From the NCBI GenBank assembly GCA_018238545.1, contig JABCTC010000013.1, forward strand, positions 18,233-82,232: a stretch of DNA of 64,000 nucleotides, written 5' to 3'. Position numbers and translations under genes: made by a program. This stretch comes from Candidatus Heimdallarchaeota archaeon (lineage in GTDB: Archaea > Asgardarchaeota > Heimdallarchaeia > Heimdallarchaeales > Heimdallarchaeaceae). Within the stretch, counting starts at the first letter, position 1. Each line of letters begins with the position of its first letter. The notes under the pieces are model-generated. The model was given only the letters and a program-made list of their open reading frames with translations. It had not been told where the DNA came from and ran no database searches. This document shows positions 19,436 to 28,728 of the stretch, in pieces.

Positions 19436-21244
19436 TTACAATCTATCAATTAATCCTTTAATAAATGTCATATATCTCATGAACACAAATTCGGGGATGA
19501 ACTTTGGTCTATTAAGATATTCGTTTATTCTTACTAATTCATCATAAAGATCTTTAAATCTTAAGGAAGGAATTTTTGTGCTTAAGTATTCAGCTATTTC
19601 TTCTGGTGACGACATTGATTGTCTTGACACTTTTCTTAAGCCCCTTACCATCGATCTATATAGAAGACCAACAGCTTCACTATAGGCACCTGAATCAACG
19701 ATTCGCCGTATTTCTCTGTCAAACCTTGATGTCCCTTCTTCTCCTCTAACCTTAGTCCATAACACTGGAGACAATCTTGTTTTCTTTGGTATCAATGGAT
19801 AAGCTATTACTGCAAACAGGATAGGTATAAAGGGCGAATAAAGTGGGAACATTGACATTTCTGTGATAAACTTCATTATTGCCATTGAATATACGGAAGC
19901 GCTGTAAAACTTCTGATGAGCATGGCCTTCATCAAAGATTATAGGGATAGCTGTTCCTGCTGTTAGATTCATATCGCTTCCTAAATAATTAAACAAGTTC
20001 CTACTAAATATTAAATTATCATTTTCTTCTGGTTTGTCAATCCATTTGTTAATGAAAATATCAGGATCACCAATCATTACTATTTTACCGCGACCAATTG
20101 GTAAAGTCATAATTGGAGCAAACATAACATTTCCCCATTCATCAGCATCTGGAAAGGCATTACCTTCTTTTGCTGATTGGAAATCAGATTCCATCCAAGC
20201 CGATCTCGATGTGTAGAACGGAAGGAAGGGGAGAAACATATCTTCTATTTCAAAACCAAATATTTCCAATGAAATAGCTTGTAGAGGCATCCAATCGGTT
20301 CTATAAACCTCTTCGCCACTTACATTTTCAGAGTGTCTGATAGCTAAACTCAAAACTGTTCCAAACTCCATTTGCAAACCTTTGGATATACCATCAGTCA
20401 GAGGGTTTGATGTTTCCATATTTCTCAGAAGAGGTTGAGCAGGATTTGTTGTGTATGTTTCAGCATCCATTAGAACTGATCCATTAAAGGCAAAACCTTT
20501 CAGCATTCCCAACATACTAAAGATTAATGTCTCAGGACCTGCTGTTTGATTTTCTCCACCAAATCCAAACAAATCTAATAGAGAGGGTATTGATCCGTTA
20601 CTTATTTCAGCTATATCATCCCAAGCATTAAGGAGAGAGAAGAATGGATCAAAAATCTGCGCTCCCGTACCAAAATCGTCAGCTATGACCAAACTACCGC
20701 CCTTTGCTAGGAATGTAACCAAAGATATTGTATCTATGGTGTCGTAATTTGCTGCTGGACCAATAATTGCAACTATTCCAGGATCAGGATAACGGTTAAG
20801 TATTGCTAGAGATGACATACCATTTGAAATGTTATATCCTTCGTTTTCTAAGTTAACCCTTAAACTTGATAATCCATCCCAACCTTCATTATAGATGCTG
20901 AATTTTGTTCCATATCCAGCTAAACCAACGACTCCTAGTAAAATAGGCACCACTATAATCATAAAAAGTATGAACATTGCAATGGAGTATTTTGAGAAAT
21001 TTCTAACGAATTCAGACATCAAGTATAAAATCAGAATTACTATAGTTACCACTATCATCATAGCTCCAATTTCTCGAGAAAATATGTAAGCTACGATTGT
21101 TCCTACAATAGCCAAGACTTCGGCAACTATGAAGAGAACTAATTTTTTTGGAGATATTTGTATGTTTATTCTCTTCTTCTTAGCCTCTGGACTTGATCTT
21201 CTTTCTCTTGACTTGTTTCTTTGTTTGTTGTCTTGCTGGCTCAA
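19436..21244 (-). CDS. DUF4350-like membrane-anchored protein
   Basis: FSIYNEGWDGLSSL, GGSLVIADDFG, GKIVMIGDPDIFIN, IIFDEGH; 3 N-terminal TMs plus a further TM. Confidence 0.8.
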   Translation of the reverse strand: MSQQDNKQRNKSRERRSSPEAKKKRINIQISPKKLVLFIVAEVLAIVGTIVAYIFSREIGAMMIVVTIVILILYLMSEFVRNFSKYSIAMFILFMIIVVPILLGVVGLAGYGTKFSIYNEGWDGLSSLRVNLENEGYNISNGMSSLAILNRYPDPGIVAIIGPAANYDTIDTISLVTFLAKGGSLVIADDFGTGAQIFDPFFSLLNAWDDIAEISNGSIPSLLDLFGFGGENQTAGPETLIFSMLGMLKGFAFNGSVLMDAETYTTNPAQPLLRNMETSNPLTDGISKGLQMEFGTVLSLAIRHSENVSGEEVYRTDWMPLQAISLEIFGFEIEDMFLPFLPFYTSRSAWMESDFQSAKEGNAFPDADEWGNVMFAPIMTLPIGRGKIVMIGDPDIFINKWIDKPEENDNLIFSRNLFNYLGSDMNLTAGTAIPIIFDEGHAHQKFYSASVYSMAIMKFITEMSMFPLYSPFIPILFAVIAYPLIPKKTRLSPVLWTKVRGEEGTSRFDREIRRIVDSGAYSEAVGLLYRSMVRGLRKVSRQSMSSPEEIAEYLSTKIPSLRFKDLYDELVRINEYLNRPKFIPEFVFMRYMTFIKGLIDRL

Positions 21245-21632
21245 CTAATTCTACACCTTGTTCTCTTATTCCACGGAAACATATATCTAATCTCTGGATG
21301 GCTTCTTGATAGTCATCATATTGAATTTCCGTGTCAGTATATCTAGCAATTTCAAAGGATGTAAGATACTCGTCCATAACTTCTGTGGAGATGTTAGCTC
21401 TATTAGCAACTGAAAAACCAAATTCTCTTCCAGTTTCATATGGTGCACGGGACATATCTAGTAACCCGTGAGCAATGTTGGCTAATCCTCCAAAGGAAGC
21501 TATAACGGCACCTTTGTAATCTTGTCTTTGCTCAAATATTCTTACATCTGCCATAACAGATGTAAACATCTGGTTTAATGATTTCACTTGTTTTCTTTTC
21601 TTGAAGAACCCAAATATACCTCTATGACTCAA
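21180..21632 (-). CDS. Stand-alone DUF4129-like protein
   Basis: RAPYETGREF...FEIARY motif. Confidence 0.72.
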   Translation of the reverse strand: MSHRGIFGFFKKRKQVKSLNQMFTSVMADVRIFEQRQDYKGAVIASFGGLANIAHGLLDMSRAPYETGREFGFSVANRANISTEVMDEYLTSFEIARYTDTEIQYDDYQEAIQRLDICFRGIREQGVELVEPARQQTKKQVKRKKIKSRG

Positions 21633-24600
21633 TTTTCATTTCACCTACTTCTATTTTATCTACTATTTTTAATAATGCACGTAATCCGGAATTGAAGTCA
21701 TTTTCTGTAATTTCTTCATGTCCGTATCGTGCTTTTTCGAAATACGAGAGAAGTGTGTACATTATCTCTCGTTCAATTTTACCTTTTTCTGAAAGCAATC
21801 GCGAAAACTCCCAAGGAGTTTGACTCTTATATCTTGGTAAGTCGAAGAATTCTCGACCAATACCTTCTACCACTGTCCAAGTTTTTAGTAACCCTTCTTG
21901 ATATCTTCCTTCCAATCCGTCTCTTTTAATATCTTCTATTATCTCTTTTAGATAATCACGTAATCGTCTTCTGAAAGTTTGTTTCTTTGCATAAGTTTGC
22001 AGAGAGTGTCTATTAAACCACAAGAAAAGAAGTGCTACAACTGCCACAATACCTCCTATAACACCTCCAATTATTGCTCCAATACTACCTGTTATTCCCC
22101 CTGGCGGAGGAGCTGTAGGACTAGCATTGATAATAACTAAATTCACTGGAGTTGTGGATCTTGAATTTTCAACAGCATCCACTGCTTCAATATTATATTC
22201 CAAATTATAATTACCATAATCGGGTAGTTCTATATCTGAGAGATCAAATGTTGCTTCAAATACATCAGAGACTCCAACGCGGGTCATAGTGATATCATAA
22301 TCTACTTCATTGTAAGTAATATGTAATATCACCTCAGATACTGAAGTAAGAATATCTGTCACTGTTGCAGAGAATTCAAGTGTCGTATCAGGGGTTATAT
22401 ATGAGATGTTTCCCGCTACAGCTACATTACTAATAGATGGTGCATCATTATCAACAGCTTGCACAGTCTGCATTGGACCCGTGAGAGAATTTTTTGTTGG
22501 TATTGCCGTATCATAGGCAATATAATACCACTCATAGTGGTAATTATACTGAAGCGTAAGTTGATAGAACCATTCATTGGTACTGGGAACATTTATCATC
22601 GAAGCCACTATATAATCGGTCTGATTTTCAAGTGTAACTAAATTGTGACTATTAACATGGAGTGTGACATTGTACATACCGCTCCAAACAATACTATCAT
22701 TGATGAATACGGTAATGTTGATATACGGGGTTAGGGGGTTGCCAGAGGGGATAATAGTCGGCACTTGCTCCTCAAATGGTTCAACAAAATCTCCTAACTG
22801 GAATTCATTGGGAGAAGATTGTGAATATAATAAGCCTTCCCAACCAAAGTTAGCATCATAGTAAAGAGGAACAACAGTCTGTTTAGCACCGAATTCATCT
22901 AGTCCATGACCTGCGAAATCTATTATTTTAATATAATATAAGACATAATATTTTGATTCTGAAACTGTAGCATTGAGAATACCTCTGTACTGATCCCCAC
23001 CAACATGCCATAGCGCAAAAGATTGCCACCCACCAATTGATGTGTTACCTACAGGTTCTAAATACTCAAAGAAAAACTCAACTGATCTAATTCCTGTTCC
23101 AACATCAGTAACATAAATATCAAATTGAATATTGAAATATGGATCGTGAATTCCCGGATCGTAAGGATCAGGTGTTACAACCTCACCTGTAACAATAGGT
23201 ACGTTGTTATCTGGTCCATAAATATCTAGTGTATGAGTTATGGTAGTAGCTGGGGCATAATCACCACCAGAAGCTACTAACGACAGACCTGGATATGCAT
23301 GAGTGTCCTGAAGTATTGTTAGAAAATTAAGGGCAGTAAAATCAACCCAATTCTTCGTTGAAGTGATTAGGAGATTGGATGTTTCAACATCGCCACCATT
23401 TGTAAGTGTAAGGAAAATATTAACCTTTTCTGGTAATCTTAACCATTGGTCAGTAACCGTCAGAGTATAATTGTGAGTTGCATCAAGAGCTCCCCAGAAA
23501 GTACTGTTAAATACAGTAGATGTTGTGCCATCTAAAATATTTGCTCCACTAGGATCTGTTAGAGTTAATATTAGTGCAAAATAAGTGTTGAACACAGAAT
23601 TATTTAAAGCTCCAGCAGCAACAGCATAACGGTAATCTGCTCCTGAAACAGCTAGAGCTGTAACAGTTATTGTTTTTGTTTGTGTCTCATTAGTAGAATA
23701 ATCTGGAATGACAGTTTCAATGTGTCTGGATCCTGTTGCAACAGAATAAGGTTGAACGATTGAATCAGGGAAGTTCAGTTGGAAACTAGAAGATTGAGCA
23801 ACATTGCTATATTCGTCATATAATGCAACGGTATAACCTATAGTATTCCCAGTTGTATAATATCTCACATTATCATCCAAATCCAGATCAATTCTAGTTA
23901 TATTAACTGCCAAATGTCCTTCTAAACTATCATGAGTTAAAGTTGATCCAACAAATTCATCTCCGTTAGGATCTATTAAGAAACTAAACAGTAACGCATC
24001 TGTTATGTCAGATATGTTGTTACCATCAAAGTAAAATGTGTCTTGAATCTCAGCAGTAGGATTAGATGTTACATAATCATTTGTATAAATGGTCCCCTCA
24101 CCTGCTCCAGAGATTGTTAATCTGATAGTTGAATCAGGTTCTAAGCCCGATTGTGAAGTTAGATTTGCATAAACTGTAACATATGTACCTCCAATGATTT
24201 CAGTTGGTATGTTTATTTTACTTGGTCCCACTATGAAGTAAGCATCAACAACTACTTGATTCTCTGTAGCATCTACAATAATTTCATGGATCAACCTATC
24301 ATTTTGAATGTCACTAGTTCCTTCGTCTGCAAAGAAATTAAATCCTAGTTGACTAATATCATAATACGCTTCATATGTGACACCATCAACTAAAACAGGG
24401 GCAGTATTTGTATACAGGTCTTGATTAGAGGCAAATGTTCTGTTAGTATCAATATGCGTGCCATCAGCGTCCCAGTTGACCTTAAGAGTGTATTCTGTTC
24501 CAGTTGGATCTATAACTGTATCATTATCAAATAAAATGCGAGTGTTAAATGAATAAGAGGCGCTTGGATTTGTAACATCAACAGTTACATCTAATTTAAT

Positions 24601-25299
24601 TTGACCGAAATAAAATACATTTACGTCTCCTGGGCTTCCGGCTCCTCTTCCCATACCTGGGTTACCATAAAACCAAGCAAGAAGGGTAATTTCTCCAATT
24701 TTAGAGAAGGGGTCTATAGAAAGAGCAGAAGTAGTTAATGCAATGGAAAATTGACCTAATGCATTAGTTGAAGCGCTTCCAACCTGATATTGAGGTGTTT
24801 CATAGGTTGCAGGACTAGCAATAAATTGACTTTCAGTAACATTGTAGAAAAGCCAAACAGTTTCACCGTTCCAGTAATCTCCTACAACAATACCTTGCAA
24901 AACACCCTCTACATTAATGAGAGTATCTCTAAAAATATACGCAGATGGTGTTGGAGATGTTATACTTTTCATTATAGTTGGCATGGTTTGAATTTCTGTG
25001 TCAACACCTTGAACAGTTAAATCACTGTTTTTAGGGGAATAAATTATTTTGTTTTCAGATTCAATTTCTGGTTGAACAGAATCTTCAGCAATGTCTGGAA
25101 AATACTCATACCTAGTTGGTGCATAAGTATTGTCAACAATAGTTTGTGACCCTTGCCCAAATATATAATTTGGAGAGTTAATCTCACAATTTTGGTTGTC
25201 CAAAGTATTTTGTGTTTGAACTATAACCGCAGTAGACATCTGCATGATGAGTATTAGAAAGAAAATCATCCCTGTTAGTTTTGTTTTAATACTCTTCAT
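21622..25299 (-). CDS. Giant surface glycoprotein with Ig-like repeats, TM helix and cytoplasmic DUF4129-like domain
   Basis: Signal peptide; DxxxP-initiated repeats (DNNVP, DFVEP, DNDAP); TM IGAIIGGVIGGIVAVVALLFLWF; RYKSQTPWEF...FEKARYG. Confidence 0.8.
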   Translation of the reverse strand: MKSIKTKLTGMIFFLILIMQMSTAVIVQTQNTLDNQNCEINSPNYIFGQGSQTIVDNTYAPTRYEYFPDIAEDSVQPEIESENKIIYSPKNSDLTVQGVDTEIQTMPTIMKSITSPTPSAYIFRDTLINVEGVLQGIVVGDYWNGETVWLFYNVTESQFIASPATYETPQYQVGSASTNALGQFSIALTTSALSIDPFSKIGEITLLAWFYGNPGMGRGAGSPGDVNVFYFGQIKLDVTVDVTNPSASYSFNTRILFDNDTVIDPTGTEYTLKVNWDADGTHIDTNRTFASNQDLYTNTAPVLVDGVTYEAYYDISQLGFNFFADEGTSDIQNDRLIHEIIVDATENQVVVDAYFIVGPSKINIPTEIIGGTYVTVYANLTSQSGLEPDSTIRLTISGAGEGTIYTNDYVTSNPTAEIQDTFYFDGNNISDITDALLFSFLIDPNGDEFVGSTLTHDSLEGHLAVNITRIDLDLDDNVRYYTTGNTIGYTVALYDEYSNVAQSSSFQLNFPDSIVQPYSVATGSRHIETVIPDYSTNETQTKTITVTALAVSGADYRYAVAAGALNNSVFNTYFALILTLTDPSGANILDGTTSTVFNSTFWGALDATHNYTLTVTDQWLRLPEKVNIFLTLTNGGDVETSNLLITSTKNWVDFTALNFLTILQDTHAYPGLSLVASGGDYAPATTITHTLDIYGPDNNVPIVTGEVVTPDPYDPGIHDPYFNIQFDIYVTDVGTGIRSVEFFFEYLEPVGNTSIGGWQSFALWHVGGDQYRGILNATVSESKYYVLYYIKIIDFAGHGLDEFGAKQTVVPLYYDANFGWEGLLYSQSSPNEFQLGDFVEPFEEQVPTIIPSGNPLTPYINITVFINDSIVWSGMYNVTLHVNSHNLVTLENQTDYIVASMINVPSTNEWFYQLTLQYNYHYEWYYIAYDTAIPTKNSLTGPMQTVQAVDNDAPSISNVAVAGNISYITPDTTLEFSATVTDILTSVSEVILHITYNEVDYDITMTRVGVSDVFEATFDLSDIELPDYGNYNLEYNIEAVDAVENSRSTTPVNLVIINASPTAPPPGGITGSIGAIIGGVIGGIVAVVALLFLWFNRHSLQTYAKKQTFRRRLRDYLKEIIEDIKRDGLEGRYQEGLLKTWTVVEGIGREFFDLPRYKSQTPWEFSRLLSEKGKIEREIMYTLLSYFEKARYGHEEITENDFNSGLRALLKIVDKIEVGEMKIES

Positions 25300-28200
25300 A
25301 GATAATATCGCTCCTTAATTGTAGCAAAATTGTGATTACACGTTTGAATAGTAATGTAAACTATTGACTGTAAGATTATTGATAATGATAACATGTTCTC
25401 AATATTAGTTATACTAATTACCGAGAAACTAATGCTCATATGTATAGGATCACTGCGAATCTGATTCATAGCTACAGCAAAACTTGCTGGAGGAGTTGAA
25501 ATGAAAACAGATGCAGATGCATTCCATCTATCTAAATAGAAAGTTAAGAAGACAAATGATCCCGCCCCATGGTTTCTAGCATCAATTACTATTGTAGTAT
25601 TAACAAAACCACTTGCATCTGTCACTCCATTATACATTATTTTGTTATATGGGATAGAAGCGTTCAAAGTAGATGCAAGCTCAGATTTATAGGTTGCTAC
25701 ATCCTTAACACCTGTATATGCCTCATAATCTGATTCTTGTATGAACCATACTTCTATTGCTTCTCCATCTATTGCTGTTGGAGCACCCAATGGAGGTTGC
25801 ATGTAAAGAAAGAAATCAAAACCTTCCCACAAGAAATATCCATCGACACCCACATCAAGAAATGTATCATTTAACGTTGTATCAGATCTTAGATAATCGA
25901 TTAGTAACATAACTGAAAATGTATAATTCTGACCATAATTTGCAACTAAGTAGTACGTTGTATCTTCGGGTAAGGCAAAATAATCTGTTATTCCATCATT
26001 TGAATATACTGTTGATGTCCCACCACCATTGGTTAAGCCATCACCAATTTTAGTAACATCTTCAGGACCAATTATACCTAATTGCAACTGTTGAAGCTCA
26101 TCAGCCGTTAAAATATAATAAGACACATATCTTCCAGATAAGGGCGTTATTAACCCGGGTTCTGCGTAAAGAGTTGTGCTTAAAGAATACGTGAACCCTC
26201 TTTGAGCAATATAATAATTATAAAATGTTCCAGGGTCTTCTGGACTCGGTAAGTATTGTGTTGTTGCATTCATCGAAACAGATGTCAAATACCCCTCAGG
26301 GAGAATTATGAACCCTGTACCATTCAAAGAAGTAAAACTAACATATGCAAAAACTATATACGTTGTACTATCCGGATCAGAAGGATTAAACACTGGATAT
26401 GCCGTGCTATTAAATGTTGGATATACTTCTGCTCTTCCAATCACATTTGTTGCTTCTTCTCCCAAATTATCAGCGATATCAAGAAGTTGGGCTGGATTGG
26501 ATTGATAAGTTTGATAATCTGCAGAGGTCACCGCTTTGAAATTAACTATAGCTCCATCTACAGGAGAACCTTCACTTGAAATATCTGCTCTTACTACATA
26601 TTGTAGATTATCTATAACATACACTTCATCGCTCCCCACAACTTGCGTTGGAAGATTATTGTATGTTGGATACTCATACATCGATACATCTACATCATAA
26701 GAAGTATAGAGAGTATTTTCACAATAAACCAGATCACTTCCACTAGGATAGGGACCTACTTGAAATTGTCCCCAACGGTATACAGGGTCAATACCACCTT
26801 CATCTATAGGAAGGAGAGCTTCTATCCAACCATAAAGATTAGCAAATGTCAATGTTCTATTATTTGGGTCTCCACCATTTGGGCTACCTATAGCAAATCC
26901 AAAAACAGGTCTTGCAGGGATTCCATTCAAACGCATAGCCATAACAGCTAAAGAAAGAAAAGCAGAGATTGAGAAATCTGTTCTTTCAGTAAGAAGTTGT
27001 GCTCTATCCCTACCCCCATTGTCAGTTTGGTCAGCTGTGGGTGTTCCATAATCAAGTAACATCTTGTCAATTATGTAAGCAGCACGTTCATAATATGTAT
27101 GGCCTGCAGGAGTTGATACATCGTCGACATCATTTGCGAACTTTATAACACCAGAAGAAGTTGTGTCATAATTTGTAGGAATTTGGAGAAATCTTTGAAC
27201 CGCTGTATCAGTAGCGTAACCGGGAACATAAGCATCTGTACAATCATTAATTATTGTTTGAGTATCATCTTGAACAAAATAAGTTGAATAGTGATATGTA
27301 CCAACATAACCTAATATTTCAGCTGCAGATTGTAGTAATAATTGATCTCTTAGTGTATAAACAATATCTGTTGAACCATCCACTGCTACATTTGTACCGT
27401 TTTCATCAAATAGGTAATCATCCCAATCTGTGCTGGAACTTCCTGTATCAAGAGAATATTCACTAAGATGAGGATAATTATATGAACTCCAAGTTGTAAG
27501 TAATGGAGTGGTAACTGTTGTAGTAGCGGAATAGGCTAATTGCTTGATATCCATACCAATCGCCGTGGGACCTGGTGGTCCATAATCCGAACCATCTTGG
27601 AGGGCATTAGTTACAGCGTCGTTTGAGATGAATTCCCACGTTGTAGAATCGTAATAATCGTGAACCTCCCACCTATAAAGGAAATCACCTAAATCACCAT
27701 TCGAACCATCCGTAAAAACTTCCGCCATCTCTTGATTAGCGAAACTATCATTGAAATCTAGAGCATCTAAAAGATCCAGTAAACCATCAATGTAAAAGGG
27801 AGCAGAACCTTGGAAATTCGCATTGAACCAATCAGGATCAATAAGTTGTTCATCAATAACTCCTGGAGGTAAGTCACGATATTTATCTAACATGCTCAGA
27901 TAAGGACCCATGAATGACATCAAGAGAATATAAATTGTAAAACCTGTAAAGAGAATCCTCCAGACATTATGTCTAGAATGCCATTTAAAAAGTACAAATG
28001 GCCAAGATATTATGGGGAGGAGTATATACAAAAAGAGTGCAGCAATAATTCGCAAAGCTGTAGGTTTGAATTCAACCCTATAAGTTTCAAACGCTGTTAG
28101 CAATAAAAATATGTTTACTCCAATCGCTATATAAAACAGAGTTGATGTTACAAAGGTAGGTAATCCTGCAATCTGTAAATCACTAAAAATAAATGTCATT

Positions 28201-28403
28201 ACGATTGTAGCTACTAATGATGCACCAAAAATAATTGTAAAAACAATATTTACTGGTTTGATCTTTTTTTCTGCCATCATTTCTGTAGCAAACTTACCTT
28301 GCTTTTTCTTTAGTTTTCTCTGCTTGGGGACAACGGCAGCTCGTGTCTTCAGTTTACTACCACTCTTTAGTTGCTTAACTTTTGTTGATTTTTTCTCAGA
28401 CAT
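25296..28403 (-). CDS. Membrane-anchored transglutaminase-like protein, catalytic triad apparently lost
   Basis: 4 N-terminal TMs; AMRLNGIPARPVFGF...YGWIEALLP...WGQFQVGP matches the TGase core RxxGIPARxVxGF...HAWxE...WxxxDPT. Confidence 0.82.
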   Translation of the reverse strand: MSEKKSTKVKQLKSGSKLKTRAAVVPKQRKLKKKQGKFATEMMAEKKIKPVNIVFTIIFGASLVATIVMTFIFSDLQIAGLPTFVTSTLFYIAIGVNIFLLLTAFETYRVEFKPTALRIIAALFLYILLPIISWPFVLFKWHSRHNVWRILFTGFTIYILLMSFMGPYLSMLDKYRDLPPGVIDEQLIDPDWFNANFQGSAPFYIDGLLDLLDALDFNDSFANQEMAEVFTDGSNGDLGDFLYRWEVHDYYDSTTWEFISNDAVTNALQDGSDYGPPGPTAIGMDIKQLAYSATTTVTTPLLTTWSSYNYPHLSEYSLDTGSSSTDWDDYLFDENGTNVAVDGSTDIVYTLRDQLLLQSAAEILGYVGTYHYSTYFVQDDTQTIINDCTDAYVPGYATDTAVQRFLQIPTNYDTTSSGVIKFANDVDDVSTPAGHTYYERAAYIIDKMLLDYGTPTADQTDNGGRDRAQLLTERTDFSISAFLSLAVMAMRLNGIPARPVFGFAIGSPNGGDPNNRTLTFANLYGWIEALLPIDEGGIDPVYRWGQFQVGPYPSGSDLVYCENTLYTSYDVDVSMYEYPTYNNLPTQVVGSDEVYVIDNLQYVVRADISSEGSPVDGAIVNFKAVTSADYQTYQSNPAQLLDIADNLGEEATNVIGRAEVYPTFNSTAYPVFNPSDPDSTTYIVFAYVSFTSLNGTGFIILPEGYLTSVSMNATTQYLPSPEDPGTFYNYYIAQRGFTYSLSTTLYAEPGLITPLSGRYVSYYILTADELQQLQLGIIGPEDVTKIGDGLTNGGGTSTVYSNDGITDYFALPEDTTYYLVANYGQNYTFSVMLLIDYLRSDTTLNDTFLDVGVDGYFLWEGFDFFLYMQPPLGAPTAIDGEAIEVWFIQESDYEAYTGVKDVATYKSELASTLNASIPYNKIMYNGVTDASGFVNTTIVIDARNHGAGSFVFLTFYLDRWNASASVFISTPPASFAVAMNQIRSDPIHMSISFSVISITNIENMLSLSIILQSIVYITIQTCNHNFATIKERYYL

Positions 28404-28728
28404 GGTTTTTCCTCATGCTAATAGAAGGTTTACTGCACACCAGATGGTTACCCTATTAACGTTATACAACCACTTTATTCAAAAACTTTTTGTGATATGT
28501 AATGACATTATTTCTGCAAGACATAAAAAGAAAGATAGTTTTTCTGATCATCGATTTCTTTAACTTAATATAATTTGATTTTAAATTATTACTATTATAA
28601 TATCACAATAGTATAATAACAGCTAGAGTTAACTTCAAAAACGGATGTCATACATTCATTAAAAAACAAGTTGAAAATAGTTTCATTTAGTACTATAATA
28701 ATTATAATATTAGTAAAGTAAAACTAAG

